Source of the DNA: Candidatus Thorarchaeota archaeon
Lineage (GTDB): Archaea > Asgardarchaeota > Thorarchaeia > Thorarchaeales > Thorarchaeaceae
Assembly: GCA_046482545.1 (NCBI GenBank)
Contig: JAWOEX010000010.1
Span: forward strand, 173,886-237,885
Length of the DNA: 64,000 nt
Reading direction: 5' to 3'
The position numbers and the translations under genes were made by a program. Of the stretch, positions 9,770-19,306 are shown piece by piece (the first letter of the stretch is position 1; the number at the start of each line of letters is the position of its first letter). The notes beneath the pieces are model-generated. The model searched no databases. It was not told the origin of the DNA and saw only the letters and a program-made list of their open reading frames with translations.

Positions 9770-9828
9770 CTATTGCACCATCTCCACTTTAGACATGCTT
9801 ATGAAAAAAGCCTTTGTATCACTGCTTG

Positions 9829-10296
9829 CTATTTCTCGTTTCCTGCTTGATTCCGAGCATCAAGAAGACGCCCGACCAGTTCATCAAGGGCGTATGCTAT
9901 TTCATTCCGCGTGAATTCATCCACGCGGGATGACTCGCAGATGATAACCTTAACAGGTGTTTCCTTCCCGATTTCGTCTTTAATTTCGTTTCTATAGACC
10001 TCTTCAATATCTGGATCCTTTTCAGGCATTACAATGAGCGCGGCACTTGCGCCCCTGAATGTAACACCCAGAAGAACATCTAGAGCAGAGTGTTTGGGTG
10101 ACATCAGTAGCATGCGTACATCGGAATCGTCAGTCTCTACCTGTGCGCTACTGATTCTGATTCCGTCCAGAGAGATGACCTGTTCGTTTAAGACCGAAAG
10201 AACATCCATAACTAGGTCGTCATCGGGGCCGACTACTGTTATCTTGAAAGCAAAGCTTCCCTTTTCGTCGACGCTATCAATATCTTCAGATTTCAA
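9829..10296 (-). CDS. Degenerate small-GTPase (Ras/Rab-like) fold protein, ~155 aa
   Basis: FKITVVG...GIRIS...VRMLLMSP...TFRGASAALIV mirrors Rab beta1/G2/G3/YYRGA but lacks GKS and DxxG; TTG10296 has gagga upstream. Confidence 0.6.
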   Translation of the reverse strand: MKSEDIDSVDEKGSFAFKITVVGPDDDLVMDVLSVLNEQVISLDGIRISSAQVETDDSDVRMLLMSPKHSALDVLLGVTFRGASAALIVMPEKDPDIEEVYRNEIKDEIGKETPVKVIICESSRVDEFTRNEIAYALDELVGRLLDARNQAGNEK

Positions 10297-10411
10297 TAAT
10301 CGGCATCCTCTTTCAAAAACTTCACTCACTTGGAAATAAGTCTTCTCAATGCACCTTTTGCATAAGCTAACGTTGATAAAGTCATCTTGTTGGGTTGAAG
10401 AGTGAGATTGA

Positions 10412-10765
10412 ATGAAATTGACTACAAGGCAAGAAGTATTTGAAGCGCTGGAACCCGTCAAGGATCCAGAGCACCCGGTATCAGTAACGGACGAGCGCAT
10501 GGGTATTGTAAAAAAAGAATATATCGAAGTTGAAGACGAGAAAATTCGAGTTGACTTCAAGCCGACTGTACCCTATTGCCCCATGGGCGGACTGATTGGA
10601 GTCCTAATTCGCAACAGGTTGGAAGAAGTCTATCCAGATATGGATATCGAAGTCCGAGTTTTGCCAGGTTCGCATTCCCAAGAATCAGCGGTTAACGAGA
10701 TGGTCAGTAATGACGAAAAATACGAGAATGTGCTAGGCCAGATGAGAAGCAGAGGAATGATTTAA
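10412..10765 (+). CDS. DUF59 / MIP18 (CIA2/FAM96-like) Fe-S assembly protein
   Basis: VKDPEHP, FKPTVPYCPMGGLIG, PGSHSQESAVN. Confidence 0.88.
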   Translation: MKLTTRQEVFEALEPVKDPEHPVSVTDERMGIVKKEYIEVEDEKIRVDFKPTVPYCPMGGLIGVLIRNRLEEVYPDMDIEVRVLPGSHSQESAVNEMVSNDEKYENVLGQMRSRGMI

Positions 10766-10819
10766 TCGTCAGGCTAAAAGAAGACAAAGAATTCACTAGG
10801 TCTTTCAGAAGAACGAGGT

Positions 10820-11194
10820 GTGATCTCTATGGAATTCCCGGAGAAGCTCGTGATAACGGGTTTCATTTTGGTGACTCTGGGAATAGCTATCCTAGGTTTA
10901 CTTGGGGCAAGCGAGGGAAATGGCTTCTTTGTCGTGTTCCCATTCTTCTTCTTTGGAAGTACTGATGACACAGCAATTCTTCCGTTTATTGTCATGCTTG
11001 TCATCAATGTTTTGATTTTTGGATTGCTTCTATGCTGGGGTAACCGTCTTTGGAAGCAAAGTCGGGAAGGGAGCGAATGTGCATTGCTAGTTGAAGGAAA
11101 ATGCAGATTTTGTGGCTCTCCAATCCCAAAAGGTTCGGAATATTGCCCAAGTTGTGGGAAAGCGATTAGATATATGGATGATGAAATCGCTTGA
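10820..11194 (+). CDS. Membrane protein (DUF131-like) with C-terminal zinc ribbon
   Basis: 2-3 hydrophobic segments, GFFVVFPFFFFG, CRFCG...CPSCG. Confidence 0.75.
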   Translation: MISMEFPEKLVITGFILVTLGIAILGLLGASEGNGFFVVFPFFFFGSTDDTAILPFIVMLVINVLIFGLLLCWGNRLWKQSREGSECALLVEGKCRFCGSPIPKGSEYCPSCGKAIRYMDDEIA

Positions 11195-11220
11195 AAAGAG
11201 CGACTAGGAATCGATGAATT

Positions 11221-11685
11221 ATGCCGTACATAAGGGAAGTATCCAAAGATGACCTCGAAGCGATAAAGGAAATCGAGACATCCTGCTTTCCAGTCCCTTG
11301 GAACCCTGAGGTTTTCGATATCCTAGCACGATGGGAGGGGACAATTCCATTGAAAGGTGAGCGAATACTACACATGAAGGTCCTTGAAGACGACGGCAGA
11401 TTATGCGGCTATGTGGTGTGGGAAGAAAATAGCGAAGATTCTGAAGGACACCTCATGAATATCGCGATTGCCAATGATAGCCGGGGGCGGGGATTTGGAA
11501 AGAAGCTTCTGGAACATGTTCTCAAATCCCTGCGAGCTAGCGGTTCTACTGAATGCTGGCTTGAGGTAAGATCAGGAAATGAGAGCGCCAGATCCCTTTA
11601 TGAAAGCATGGGGATGAGGGCAAGTGAACGCATCCCCAATTATTACGACAACGAAGACGCCATAATATACCGAATTGATCTATGA
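11221..11685 (+). CDS. rimI: RimI/Ard1-like N-acetyltransferase
   Basis: HLMNIAI...RGRGFGKKL, LEVRxxNxxAxxLY, YYDNEDA. Confidence 0.88.
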   Translation: MPYIREVSKDDLEAIKEIETSCFPVPWNPEVFDILARWEGTIPLKGERILHMKVLEDDGRLCGYVVWEENSEDSEGHLMNIAIANDSRGRGFGKKLLEHVLKSLRASGSTECWLEVRSGNESARSLYESMGMRASERIPNYYDNEDAIIYRIDL

Positions 11686-14600
11686 CTCTTCGCGAATCCT
11701 GTTTTCTATAATACGTGGGCCTATGACATCATGGAAAAGCTGCAGGTACGCCTTATCCTGCGACACAAGAGCTATCGGAGGGCAGCTTTTGCGGGAACCA
11801 GCTAATAGTATCTCGCAGGAATCAATAGTCGCGAGCAAAGCTGGTGATCGCGTCCGCCAAATCCGCCAGCCTTCCATCTCCTCAAGTTCATGAGGTACAT
11901 CCGCAGATTCTGGTAAGACAAGGATGCGTCTTCCGGGTGCTTTCACCTTGCTCAGCACTTCGGAATCTAATGAAGCGGGATTATCAACCGACACAAGAAC
12001 AGACTCTTTTGCACGCCCAATCATGCCATGCAGGTAACCCTGAATCTCTTCATCACCGGAAACATACCAAGTCTTTTCGTTTGCTGGAACACTGAGCTTC
12101 TGGCCTGCTTCTGTAAGAGTTTCTAATCCATCTATTGCAGAGGATATCACATGGGTCATTCCCTCTATCGTCGTATCAAGGGATTGCCGCAATGAGTTGA
12201 CCTGCTTCTCTCGTTCAGTTTGCCAACGTTTCGACTCTTTCTCTATTGAACTGGTCAGAGCATTGACAGCCTCGTTTCTTGCTCGACGAATATTCGATTT
12301 CTTCTTGTTTGCAGCATTGTTGGCTTCAGTCACGCATTCAGTTATCTCGGTGTTAGTTTCAGCAATGTTAGACCTCACATCTTCCATCACACGATGATTC
12401 TCCTGACTCAGTTTTGTCTTGAGTTCAAGACCCAACGACTCAAATTTTCGTGATGCATACAGATTTGTCTCAATAAGACTCTCTAGCGCCTTATCAAATA
12501 CCACACCCGATTTCTTGCTGGTCTGTTCGGTAGTTTGGTCTAGCAAATCGCGGTATTCTTTTATTGCCCTGTTCTTGGACGCATTCATCTGATTTTTCTC
12601 TTCACCCAGTTTTGTAAGAACAGTATCACATTGGGAATTAGTCTTATTCACCAAGCTGGTAAAGGACTCATCCACAATATTGGAAAGTTTCTGTGGCAGG
12701 TCATCAACCGTATTTCTGCTTTCGTTCAGTTTTGTTGAGGTCGTTGCCTCAAACTCAGTAGCGTGAGATCTCAAACTCTCTTTAGTCTCTTTCAGATGTT
12801 TGGTTCCAAGAGTTTCCAACTGATCTGCATGCTCATCACCCATCTCAGAAAGGCTCTTCCCGATATCGATTGCGGTTTCGCCCAGCTGTTCTTGAGTGGA
12901 TTCAATTTCACCTGTAATATTCTCTTCAAGAGAGTTCAGAGATGATAACACCTTCGTAATTGAGGAGTCAATCTGAAGACCAGCGCCAGCTAATGCCGTT
13001 GATACTTCAGTCCTTCTTTGATTCATGCTGGAAAGAATTTCCTCTCCAAGTGCTCGCCTCTCTTTGAGTCCCTCCCTCTCTGCTTTTGCTAGAGATGATT
13101 CATAAGAGTCCATCCTCTCAGAAGATTTCTTTGTCATATCGGACGTAATTATATCCAGCTGCTTGCTCGCTTCTGTTAGGAGTCGTTGGTCTGAATCAGA
13201 TTGCTGGTTAATGGCGGTTGCAAGTAGATTCTGTACCCGTTTAGAGCTCCGCTCAATCTCACTTGCAGTTGCTTCTGAAAGGTTTGCAACACGTTCTTCC
13301 ACGTTGATGCCTGCCTGTTCAAGGGATTCACCGAACGTTCCAGAGAGAGTCTCTAATTCCTGATTGATTTGCACTATCGGTCCATCTCTCATCTCACGTA
13401 GAGACTGGACTGACTCGTCCATTGCGCTCTCGAGCTGCTGTACTGTCTCCTTGATATTCCGACTCATTTCTTGTTTTTTGCCCTGTGTGAACTCATCGAG
13501 CTTAGTTTGGATATCTGTAGGTAATTCTCGCACGAGATCGAGTCTCTGTCCAATTTCCGAAGAGTATTCTTGCTGCAGTTTCATAGAGGTCTCTTTGAGC
13601 CCAGTCATCTCACGCTTCAACGCAGTGTTGAACTCCGTGTGTGTTGATGACACAAAATCACGCGTCTCAATGACTTGACTGGTAACCAGTCCATTGAACG
13701 TTGTTTCTAGTCCTTCTGTAAGCGTGATGAATTGCTGTGTTATCTCGTCAAGCTGGCTGTGAAACTCATCCTTGATCCCCATCGCATGATTATCTATCCT
13801 AGAGATTTGGTCTTCAATGATAGATTCAATTTCACTCCGCGCCCTGCTTACATGCGAATTCATAGCTTGAACGGTCTCAGCCAGACGCTCATCCAGTTTT
13901 TGGTTTAGAATCTCGTACAGAACCTCGACTTCATCAACGTATTCTTGAGATGAGGTTGCAAATTGAGATGTAACCTCAGATATGTGTGTATGAAGATTGG
14001 ATTCAAAACGTTGAGCAGTAGTATTGATATCAGTCAAGATTGCATCATTCTTGTTAGATGCATTGGTTACAACGGTGCCGAAAGTGGAGGTTATTTCATT
14101 CTGCGTTTTCTCAGTAAGGGTTTTCAGTTCGTTTTCTCTCGTTACAAGGACTTCACCCACTTGGTTAGCAGTTTCTGAGAGGCGTGTATCTATGGCCTCG
14201 GTTGTCTCAGCAACCATTTCTTCCAAATCATCTTCAAGTTTGGCTCTGCCAGAATCCAGATTCTGACGACTTTCTTTCAATCGTTTCCGCAAGAATGATA
14301 GTAGCGTTGTCTTGGTTTCTTCAACGAATTCTGAGAAGTTAGTTTCAACAGCTGATGAAATCTCCTTCAAGTCTGTGTATTCTTCACCAACCACCGAATC
14401 GACTTTGTCCAGATGTCCTGAAATAGTAGTTTGAAGCGCATCAATGTAGTTCTTGTCGGCACTCTCCACTTTGTCAAGCTGTGCACGCATGGATCGGGAT
14501 GCTGAATCCATGTATGTGGCTACTTCCTCTCGCCAAGCTCCAAAAGCCTCATTCATAGCTCTGCTTTCACGTAGAGTAGATTGAATCTTGTCTCTCGCCA

Positions 14601-15579
14601 GTTGAGCATGCTCATGAGTCATAGAGCGGGTGTCTATGACCAGTTTCGACAAGGCTTCCTGTGCTTCGTCATGCGCTATGGAGATGTCTCGATCCATTTT
14701 GTCAACCGTGTCATTCAAATCAGCAGAGGCACGGTTTATCCTTTCTACTACTTCTTGAGAGAGTTGAGTAGTATCGTTCGTCAGTTGTTCGGATGTTTTC
14801 TTGCTGGCCTTGCGGATGATGTCAGTTGATTCCGATACAGCATCGGCAACAGCTGATTCCGCAATTTCCAGCAACCTGTCTGCATCTTCTCTGAACACCT
14901 TTACGGAATCTACTGCGGATGCTTTCCGTTCCTCAAGCTCTTGCTCCAATTCAGTCGATATACGTTCTACGTCTTGCTCTATTTCTTGTTGACCTTTGTC
15001 CAGCTCTGCGTGAAGTTGGCTCATATTGTCTCCGAGAGACTCCTCCATAGTCACGTCAATTTCCGACAAAGCAGACTCCATAGAATTGGAGAATTCCTCT
15101 AGAGAAGCACGCGCGATTTCAGAGACAGTCTCAGTTTGAGATTTTACTGCCTCGAGCATTTCATCCTCACATGAGCTCAAATCGCTTTCAATTCGCTTGC
15201 TGCTCTTCTCTGCTTGCTTAACAACTGAGCTAGCAGTCTCTGAAGTCGCTTCGATATCGGTATCAAGCGATTCGTAAGAAGATTCAGCAAAACCGTTGAC
15301 ATCAGTTACTAGAGTTCCAAGGCGCTCAGAGAATGTCAAACCAAGGGGAACTGGTCGATAGATTGGAACTACGCCGTCAATCTTGGTGACTAAACCTTTC
15401 TTCTGAAGGCGGTTTAAAGCTCTCTCCACCTTCGTTATTGTCTCTTCAGAGACAAGAGCAACAGCCCCAGCGGTCATATTGCCGCCTAGAAAAACTGGTA
15501 TTAGGACTTTGGCCTCTAGCTCTGTTACATCCAGATTAGCCCTTAATGCGGGTATTGTTTCTGTTATGGTATTACTCAA
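11680..15579 (-). CDS. 1299-aa protein: TrmB-like wHTH, ~1000-aa helical/coiled-coil rod, C-terminal TrmB/PLD-like domain
   Basis: N-terminal LDVTELEAKV...LNRLQKKGLV; apolipoprotein-like repeats; C-terminal TWYVSG..I...L..MI.RAKESV...IDSCEILL. Confidence 0.8.
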   Translation of the reverse strand: MSNTITETIPALRANLDVTELEAKVLIPVFLGGNMTAGAVALVSEETITKVERALNRLQKKGLVTKIDGVVPIYRPVPLGLTFSERLGTLVTDVNGFAESSYESLDTDIEATSETASSVVKQAEKSSKRIESDLSSCEDEMLEAVKSQTETVSEIARASLEEFSNSMESALSEIDVTMEESLGDNMSQLHAELDKGQQEIEQDVERISTELEQELEERKASAVDSVKVFREDADRLLEIAESAVADAVSESTDIIRKASKKTSEQLTNDTTQLSQEVVERINRASADLNDTVDKMDRDISIAHDEAQEALSKLVIDTRSMTHEHAQLARDKIQSTLRESRAMNEAFGAWREEVATYMDSASRSMRAQLDKVESADKNYIDALQTTISGHLDKVDSVVGEEYTDLKEISSAVETNFSEFVEETKTTLLSFLRKRLKESRQNLDSGRAKLEDDLEEMVAETTEAIDTRLSETANQVGEVLVTRENELKTLTEKTQNEITSTFGTVVTNASNKNDAILTDINTTAQRFESNLHTHISEVTSQFATSSQEYVDEVEVLYEILNQKLDERLAETVQAMNSHVSRARSEIESIIEDQISRIDNHAMGIKDEFHSQLDEITQQFITLTEGLETTFNGLVTSQVIETRDFVSSTHTEFNTALKREMTGLKETSMKLQQEYSSEIGQRLDLVRELPTDIQTKLDEFTQGKKQEMSRNIKETVQQLESAMDESVQSLREMRDGPIVQINQELETLSGTFGESLEQAGINVEERVANLSEATASEIERSSKRVQNLLATAINQQSDSDQRLLTEASKQLDIITSDMTKKSSERMDSYESSLAKAEREGLKERRALGEEILSSMNQRRTEVSTALAGAGLQIDSSITKVLSSLNSLEENITGEIESTQEQLGETAIDIGKSLSEMGDEHADQLETLGTKHLKETKESLRSHATEFEATTSTKLNESRNTVDDLPQKLSNIVDESFTSLVNKTNSQCDTVLTKLGEEKNQMNASKNRAIKEYRDLLDQTTEQTSKKSGVVFDKALESLIETNLYASRKFESLGLELKTKLSQENHRVMEDVRSNIAETNTEITECVTEANNAANKKKSNIRRARNEAVNALTSSIEKESKRWQTEREKQVNSLRQSLDTTIEGMTHVISSAIDGLETLTEAGQKLSVPANEKTWYVSGDEEIQGYLHGMIGRAKESVLVSVDNPASLDSEVLSKVKAPGRRILVLPESADVPHELEEMEGWRIWRTRSPALLATIDSCEILLAGSRKSCPPIALVSQDKAYLQLFHDVIGPRIIENRIREES

Positions 15580-15630
15580 ATTGCATCCCTCTGTTATACA
15601 ACGGATATGTTACAAGATTACTCTTTATCT

Positions 15631-16452
15631 TCAGTCGATTTTATTTTCTTTCAATTCTAAAGCGAGATCGAAAACCCGCTTCAAGACATGCACCTCTATT
15701 GGAGAACAACCTGAACCCGTCATAACCTCGACCGATATTTTAATCGAGTCTCTTGACGAGTTCACTTGAAAAGCTTCAAAGCTTGCCGGAATACTTTTTC
15801 GGAGTAAATCAACCTCCTTCTTGCTATACGCTCCCTCTGCTGCTATGGTTAAAATCCACCAGTTTAGAGTCATATCATCGATATTCGATTTCAAGCCAAA
15901 ATGATCTGAAAGAACAGAAGTATAGAGATTAAAAGTCTCAAAATCATCGATCTTATAGTGCGAGGGGTTTAGTATGACTAGGCTTCTTGAGTAATCAAAG
16001 TGGAATAGCAGGTCATCACCAGCAACCAGCATAAGGTTGTTCTCTTGAGCTTCTGTGAATTTGCCCCACATTCTCCGGAATCTACTAGTGAAGTGCTTGA
16101 TAGAGCTAACACGTAGGGTATCCAGAAAATCTTGAATAGGTAAACGTCTATCAGTCATTCGTTTACCTTTTCGCTCCAATATGTATCTTCGTACCTCATC
16201 GAGATACTGACGGTAGCAGAAACCCGGTAAATCTTGGGGGTCTACCCCTAAATCAATGAGCAGATTCAGAAAGCTACGGTCTTTGCAAGCGGGTCGTACG
16301 GTGCAAGTCAATCGATCCTCTTGACAAGCAAGGCACTTCTCTTCAAACAGCTCCAAGAATTCCTTAGCAAGTACCTCATCAACTGCAGTATCAAGGATTT
16401 CAATCCTTTCTGCTAGCTTTTTGCTTTCTTTCTCTAAGGCTTTGTCGCTCAT
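15631..16452 (-). CDS. Hypothetical protein with Cys cluster (CLAC-x6-C-x5-C ... FCY)
   Basis: 273-aa ORF co-oriented with its neighbours. Confidence 0.8.
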   Translation of the reverse strand: MSDKALEKESKKLAERIEILDTAVDEVLAKEFLELFEEKCLACQEDRLTCTVRPACKDRSFLNLLIDLGVDPQDLPGFCYRQYLDEVRRYILERKGKRMTDRRLPIQDFLDTLRVSSIKHFTSRFRRMWGKFTEAQENNLMLVAGDDLLFHFDYSRSLVILNPSHYKIDDFETFNLYTSVLSDHFGLKSNIDDMTLNWWILTIAAEGAYSKKEVDLLRKSIPASFEAFQVNSSRDSIKISVEVMTGSGCSPIEVHVLKRVFDLALELKENKID

Positions 16453-16629
16453 AATGTGGTGCCACCGAAATGAAGCCGACCCAGTGTTATGCCAAGAAGT
16501 GTCATTTACAAGGGGATTGGTTCTCAGGAATCCAACATTAAACTATAAGAGATAAATCTATGGCCCTGAACGAGCCTTTTCAGCATCCAAAACTGGGAAC
16601 TCAATCAGCAGTTTCCCGTCTATCCAGAA

Positions 16630-17096
16630 GACAGCACTCGCTGGAGAGCATGGTTTATCAAATTCGATTATGGAGAAACACTGCTGGGATTGGATGATAC
16701 GCGGCTGAGCATCTATGATGTCGGCCACCTGATCGAGAGCAGGCAGCTCTATGATAGTGACACCAAGAAGTTGCATTCAATGTATGTCATCTTGAACAAG
16801 GTCAAGGACTTCTCTACCCAGGCTGACCTCTCGGAGTTCCCGCTGTTTGCAGAAAAACTCAGAAAGAGCACGGAGACCAAGCAACCCTCAAACAGCTGAC
16901 CGGGTGGTGGGCGTGAATGCCGGAGATCTGTTAAGCTCATGACACAACCTACAATCCCAACGTAGGTTGCTAGATTCCTGACATACGGGTAGGATATCAA
17001 CTTGGTGTATGCAGGATGGTCTATCTCCCACATGAGGTAACAGGAAATCTTACACTTCTATGCGCCGATTTATTTAGGATTCTGTAAGATTTCCAC
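16630..17096. mobile_element. Left-end-only remnant D, flanked by the 10-bp direct repeat CTATCCAGAA
   Basis: Homologous to ~62370-62859; ends in the left-end hairpin; repeat at 16620-16629 and 17097-17106; carries a gene 3' fragment (to 16899). Confidence 0.8.
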
Positions 17097-18365
17097 CTAT
17101 CCAGAAATATGAGTAAGCTTCTCTCGCCATTCCCTGATCTCGCTATTCAGCCGAGCGATGTCATTCTCATTAAGAGTGGCTGTAGGGGGATACGATTTGA
17201 GCTCATTGGCTCGTTTGCCCAGTTTAAAAAGAATCGGAGTGTGAGTGTCGATAATGGTGGTGAGTTGATCTCTCACAGATTCTATTGCCACAGCCATTTC
17301 GTTGGCCTCGACATCAGCATCTACCATATCGAGCAGGTATTGCATCAGCGAATCAAGATCCTCTGGCATATCACTCTTGGGTGCAGCAGTTGTCTCTTCT
17401 TCAGTCTCCTTTTCAGAAATGGCTCTCGGTTTCATCTCTTGTCGTGTAATCGAGGTGCCCAGTTTATCGGTTGTTTCTTCAACCAGAGTAATGGCATTAT
17501 CAACCTTCTCTAGGGTTTTATTGTATTTACGCTCAATATCATCCAGCTGTCTAACAATGATGCCGACAATTTCTTTTGTCTCAACAATAGAGGAATTCAG
17601 ATCATGAAAGCGATCCTCGAGGGCCGATAGGTCCGCTATGTAGGTTTCAATGCTGTCAATCTTCTTCTGAATTACGTCAGATTCACTAGAATCCTTAATC
17701 TTGTTCATTGTATTACCTAGACCGACAACTGAACCAAGAATATCCTCTATCTTCTGCCCGAAATCCTCCCTCCCGTCTTCAAGTCTTGAATCGATGGATT
17801 CCAGCTTGTCTACAACATCCTCATCACTGGTTAGTTCTGAGAGCTGGTCTTGCAGGTCGCCAAACTTCTTGTCGGACACATTCTTTGAAGAATCGATTTC
17901 ATCTTTGACATCTGTTAGCGAAAGCAGAATCTCATCAAGCTTCTTGAAAATGACTTCGGTCTCTTTCGATTCGTTCATTTCAGTAAGAAGCTCGTTCATC
18001 TTGCCAATTGTTTCATTTGTTTCATCAAGTGTGGAAAGAGAGGAAAGATCCCCCCTTATGTCATCCATCTTTGAATTCAGAGAGTCGTGATGTTTTTCGA
18101 AATAGTCATTTATCTCATCCAGCTTCTTATGAAATGTAATTTCTTGCGAATCTACCTTCTTGGAAATATCAGGAATCTGTTCTACTTCACTGACTTGTTT
18201 TTCTATAGCAATGAGCTGCTCACTGAAGGCTTCAATATCCTCCAGCTTGGGCGTGGAGACGGAAAGCTGATTAATCTCATCACGAAGAGCGGCAACTTCG
18301 CTAAGAAGTTTGTCGAGACTCTTTTCCATTTTCTTGACACTTTCTTTGTCCTCTTTGGCGGGCAA
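17097..18365 (-). CDS. Coiled-coil protein with C-terminal helical domain
   Basis: 422-aa ORF with heptad pattern, linker, and C-terminal ...EIREWREKL. Confidence 0.85.
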   Translation of the reverse strand: MPAKEDKESVKKMEKSLDKLLSEVAALRDEINQLSVSTPKLEDIEAFSEQLIAIEKQVSEVEQIPDISKKVDSQEITFHKKLDEINDYFEKHHDSLNSKMDDIRGDLSSLSTLDETNETIGKMNELLTEMNESKETEVIFKKLDEILLSLTDVKDEIDSSKNVSDKKFGDLQDQLSELTSDEDVVDKLESIDSRLEDGREDFGQKIEDILGSVVGLGNTMNKIKDSSESDVIQKKIDSIETYIADLSALEDRFHDLNSSIVETKEIVGIIVRQLDDIERKYNKTLEKVDNAITLVEETTDKLGTSITRQEMKPRAISEKETEEETTAAPKSDMPEDLDSLMQYLLDMVDADVEANEMAVAIESVRDQLTTIIDTHTPILFKLGKRANELKSYPPTATLNENDIARLNSEIREWREKLTHISG

Positions 18366-18481
18366 TTCAGTCCCCTACCTGGCACTTTCTGTTTGTTTCA
18401 TTTCTATACTCAGTATTTAGCCTTTCGGAACAATGGAGGTTTAGCTCTTGGTGGTCATTCTAGGTATTATTAGACTATCAA

Positions 18482-19306
18482 TCAGAAATCTCGGGCTCTT
18501 AGAAGTTCGATTCCCCGCTCTTCTAATATCGGCAGTAGATAATCTCGCTGGGTCGAATTCGTCCCTTTCCAATCGATAATCGCAGCCTTCACATGCTCTG
18601 TAGAACGCTCAGCCATGAGGTCGATGACCTCGGGCGTCAGTCCGCTCAAAGCGTACTTGGGAGCTATGTGACCCATCGCAATATCCTCGGTCAATTCGAG
18701 TTTATTGAAGATACTTGCATAATGCGTACCACCGAAGCCAATGTAAGCACTATTCCCAATCGGTTCTTCAGCACATTTCATAACCGCTGCAGTTACAGCT
18801 TTCGCTCCACCTTCATGACGCCAATACTCTTCATCGCTCCCAAGCTCAACAAAGAGCATAGGAACATCCATCTCTGTTGGCCCGTGATGTGTCACTTCGA
18901 GGGACACATCGAACTCGTCAAGACCCTTGGAATTACGCTGACTGTAAAGCTCCTTGAATGCAGTCCTAACGAGCGTAGCAGTAGAAACAGAGAGTCGATA
19001 AGGTTCTCCCCCGTATTTTGCCTCTGGACCAAGATTACCAGTGCTATGAACTAGAAGAGAGGGTCTGCCCGATTTGGATTGATGGCGAGAACAGAAAATG
19101 AACACTTCCACATCAAAATGTTCTTCGAGATGATTCGTATAAATCAAGTCTCTCTCAGTCGTAATGAGTTTAAGTTGGTCATCCAAGGCGAAAACGGGAT
19201 GGCCTTCGAAATCCTCTCCTGTCTTATCGAAGCCATAATCACTGAGAAGCACATCTTTGATGGTTTGAGATGCTATATCTTTCTCGGAGGTTACTAGAAG
19301 CCTCAA
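18482..19306 (-). CDS. dtdA: Archaeal D-aminoacyl-tRNA deacylase
   Basis: SRHQS, VHSTGN, EVTHHGPT, FVELGS, GFGGTHYA, IIDWK. Confidence 0.95.
   Translation of the reverse strand: MRLLVTSEKDIASQTIKDVLLSDYGFDKTGEDFEGHPVFALDDQLKLITTERDLIYTNHLEEHFDVEVFIFCSRHQSKSGRPSLLVHSTGNLGPEAKYGGEPYRLSVSTATLVRTAFKELYSQRNSKGLDEFDVSLEVTHHGPTEMDVPMLFVELGSDEEYWRHEGGAKAVTAAVMKCAEEPIGNSAYIGFGGTHYASIFNKLELTEDIAMGHIAPKYALSGLTPEVIDLMAERSTEHVKAAIIDWKGTNSTQRDYLLPILEERGIELLRARDF

Noticed and set aside
10297-10560. Extended N-terminus of ORF 9829-10560
   Set aside because: It overlaps the divergent DUF59 gene in antisense
11844-15769. Many Ser-rich plus-strand ORFs (also around 9165, 17109-18473 and 19497-20647)
   Set aside because: Antisense shadows of Glu/Asp-rich coiled-coil genes
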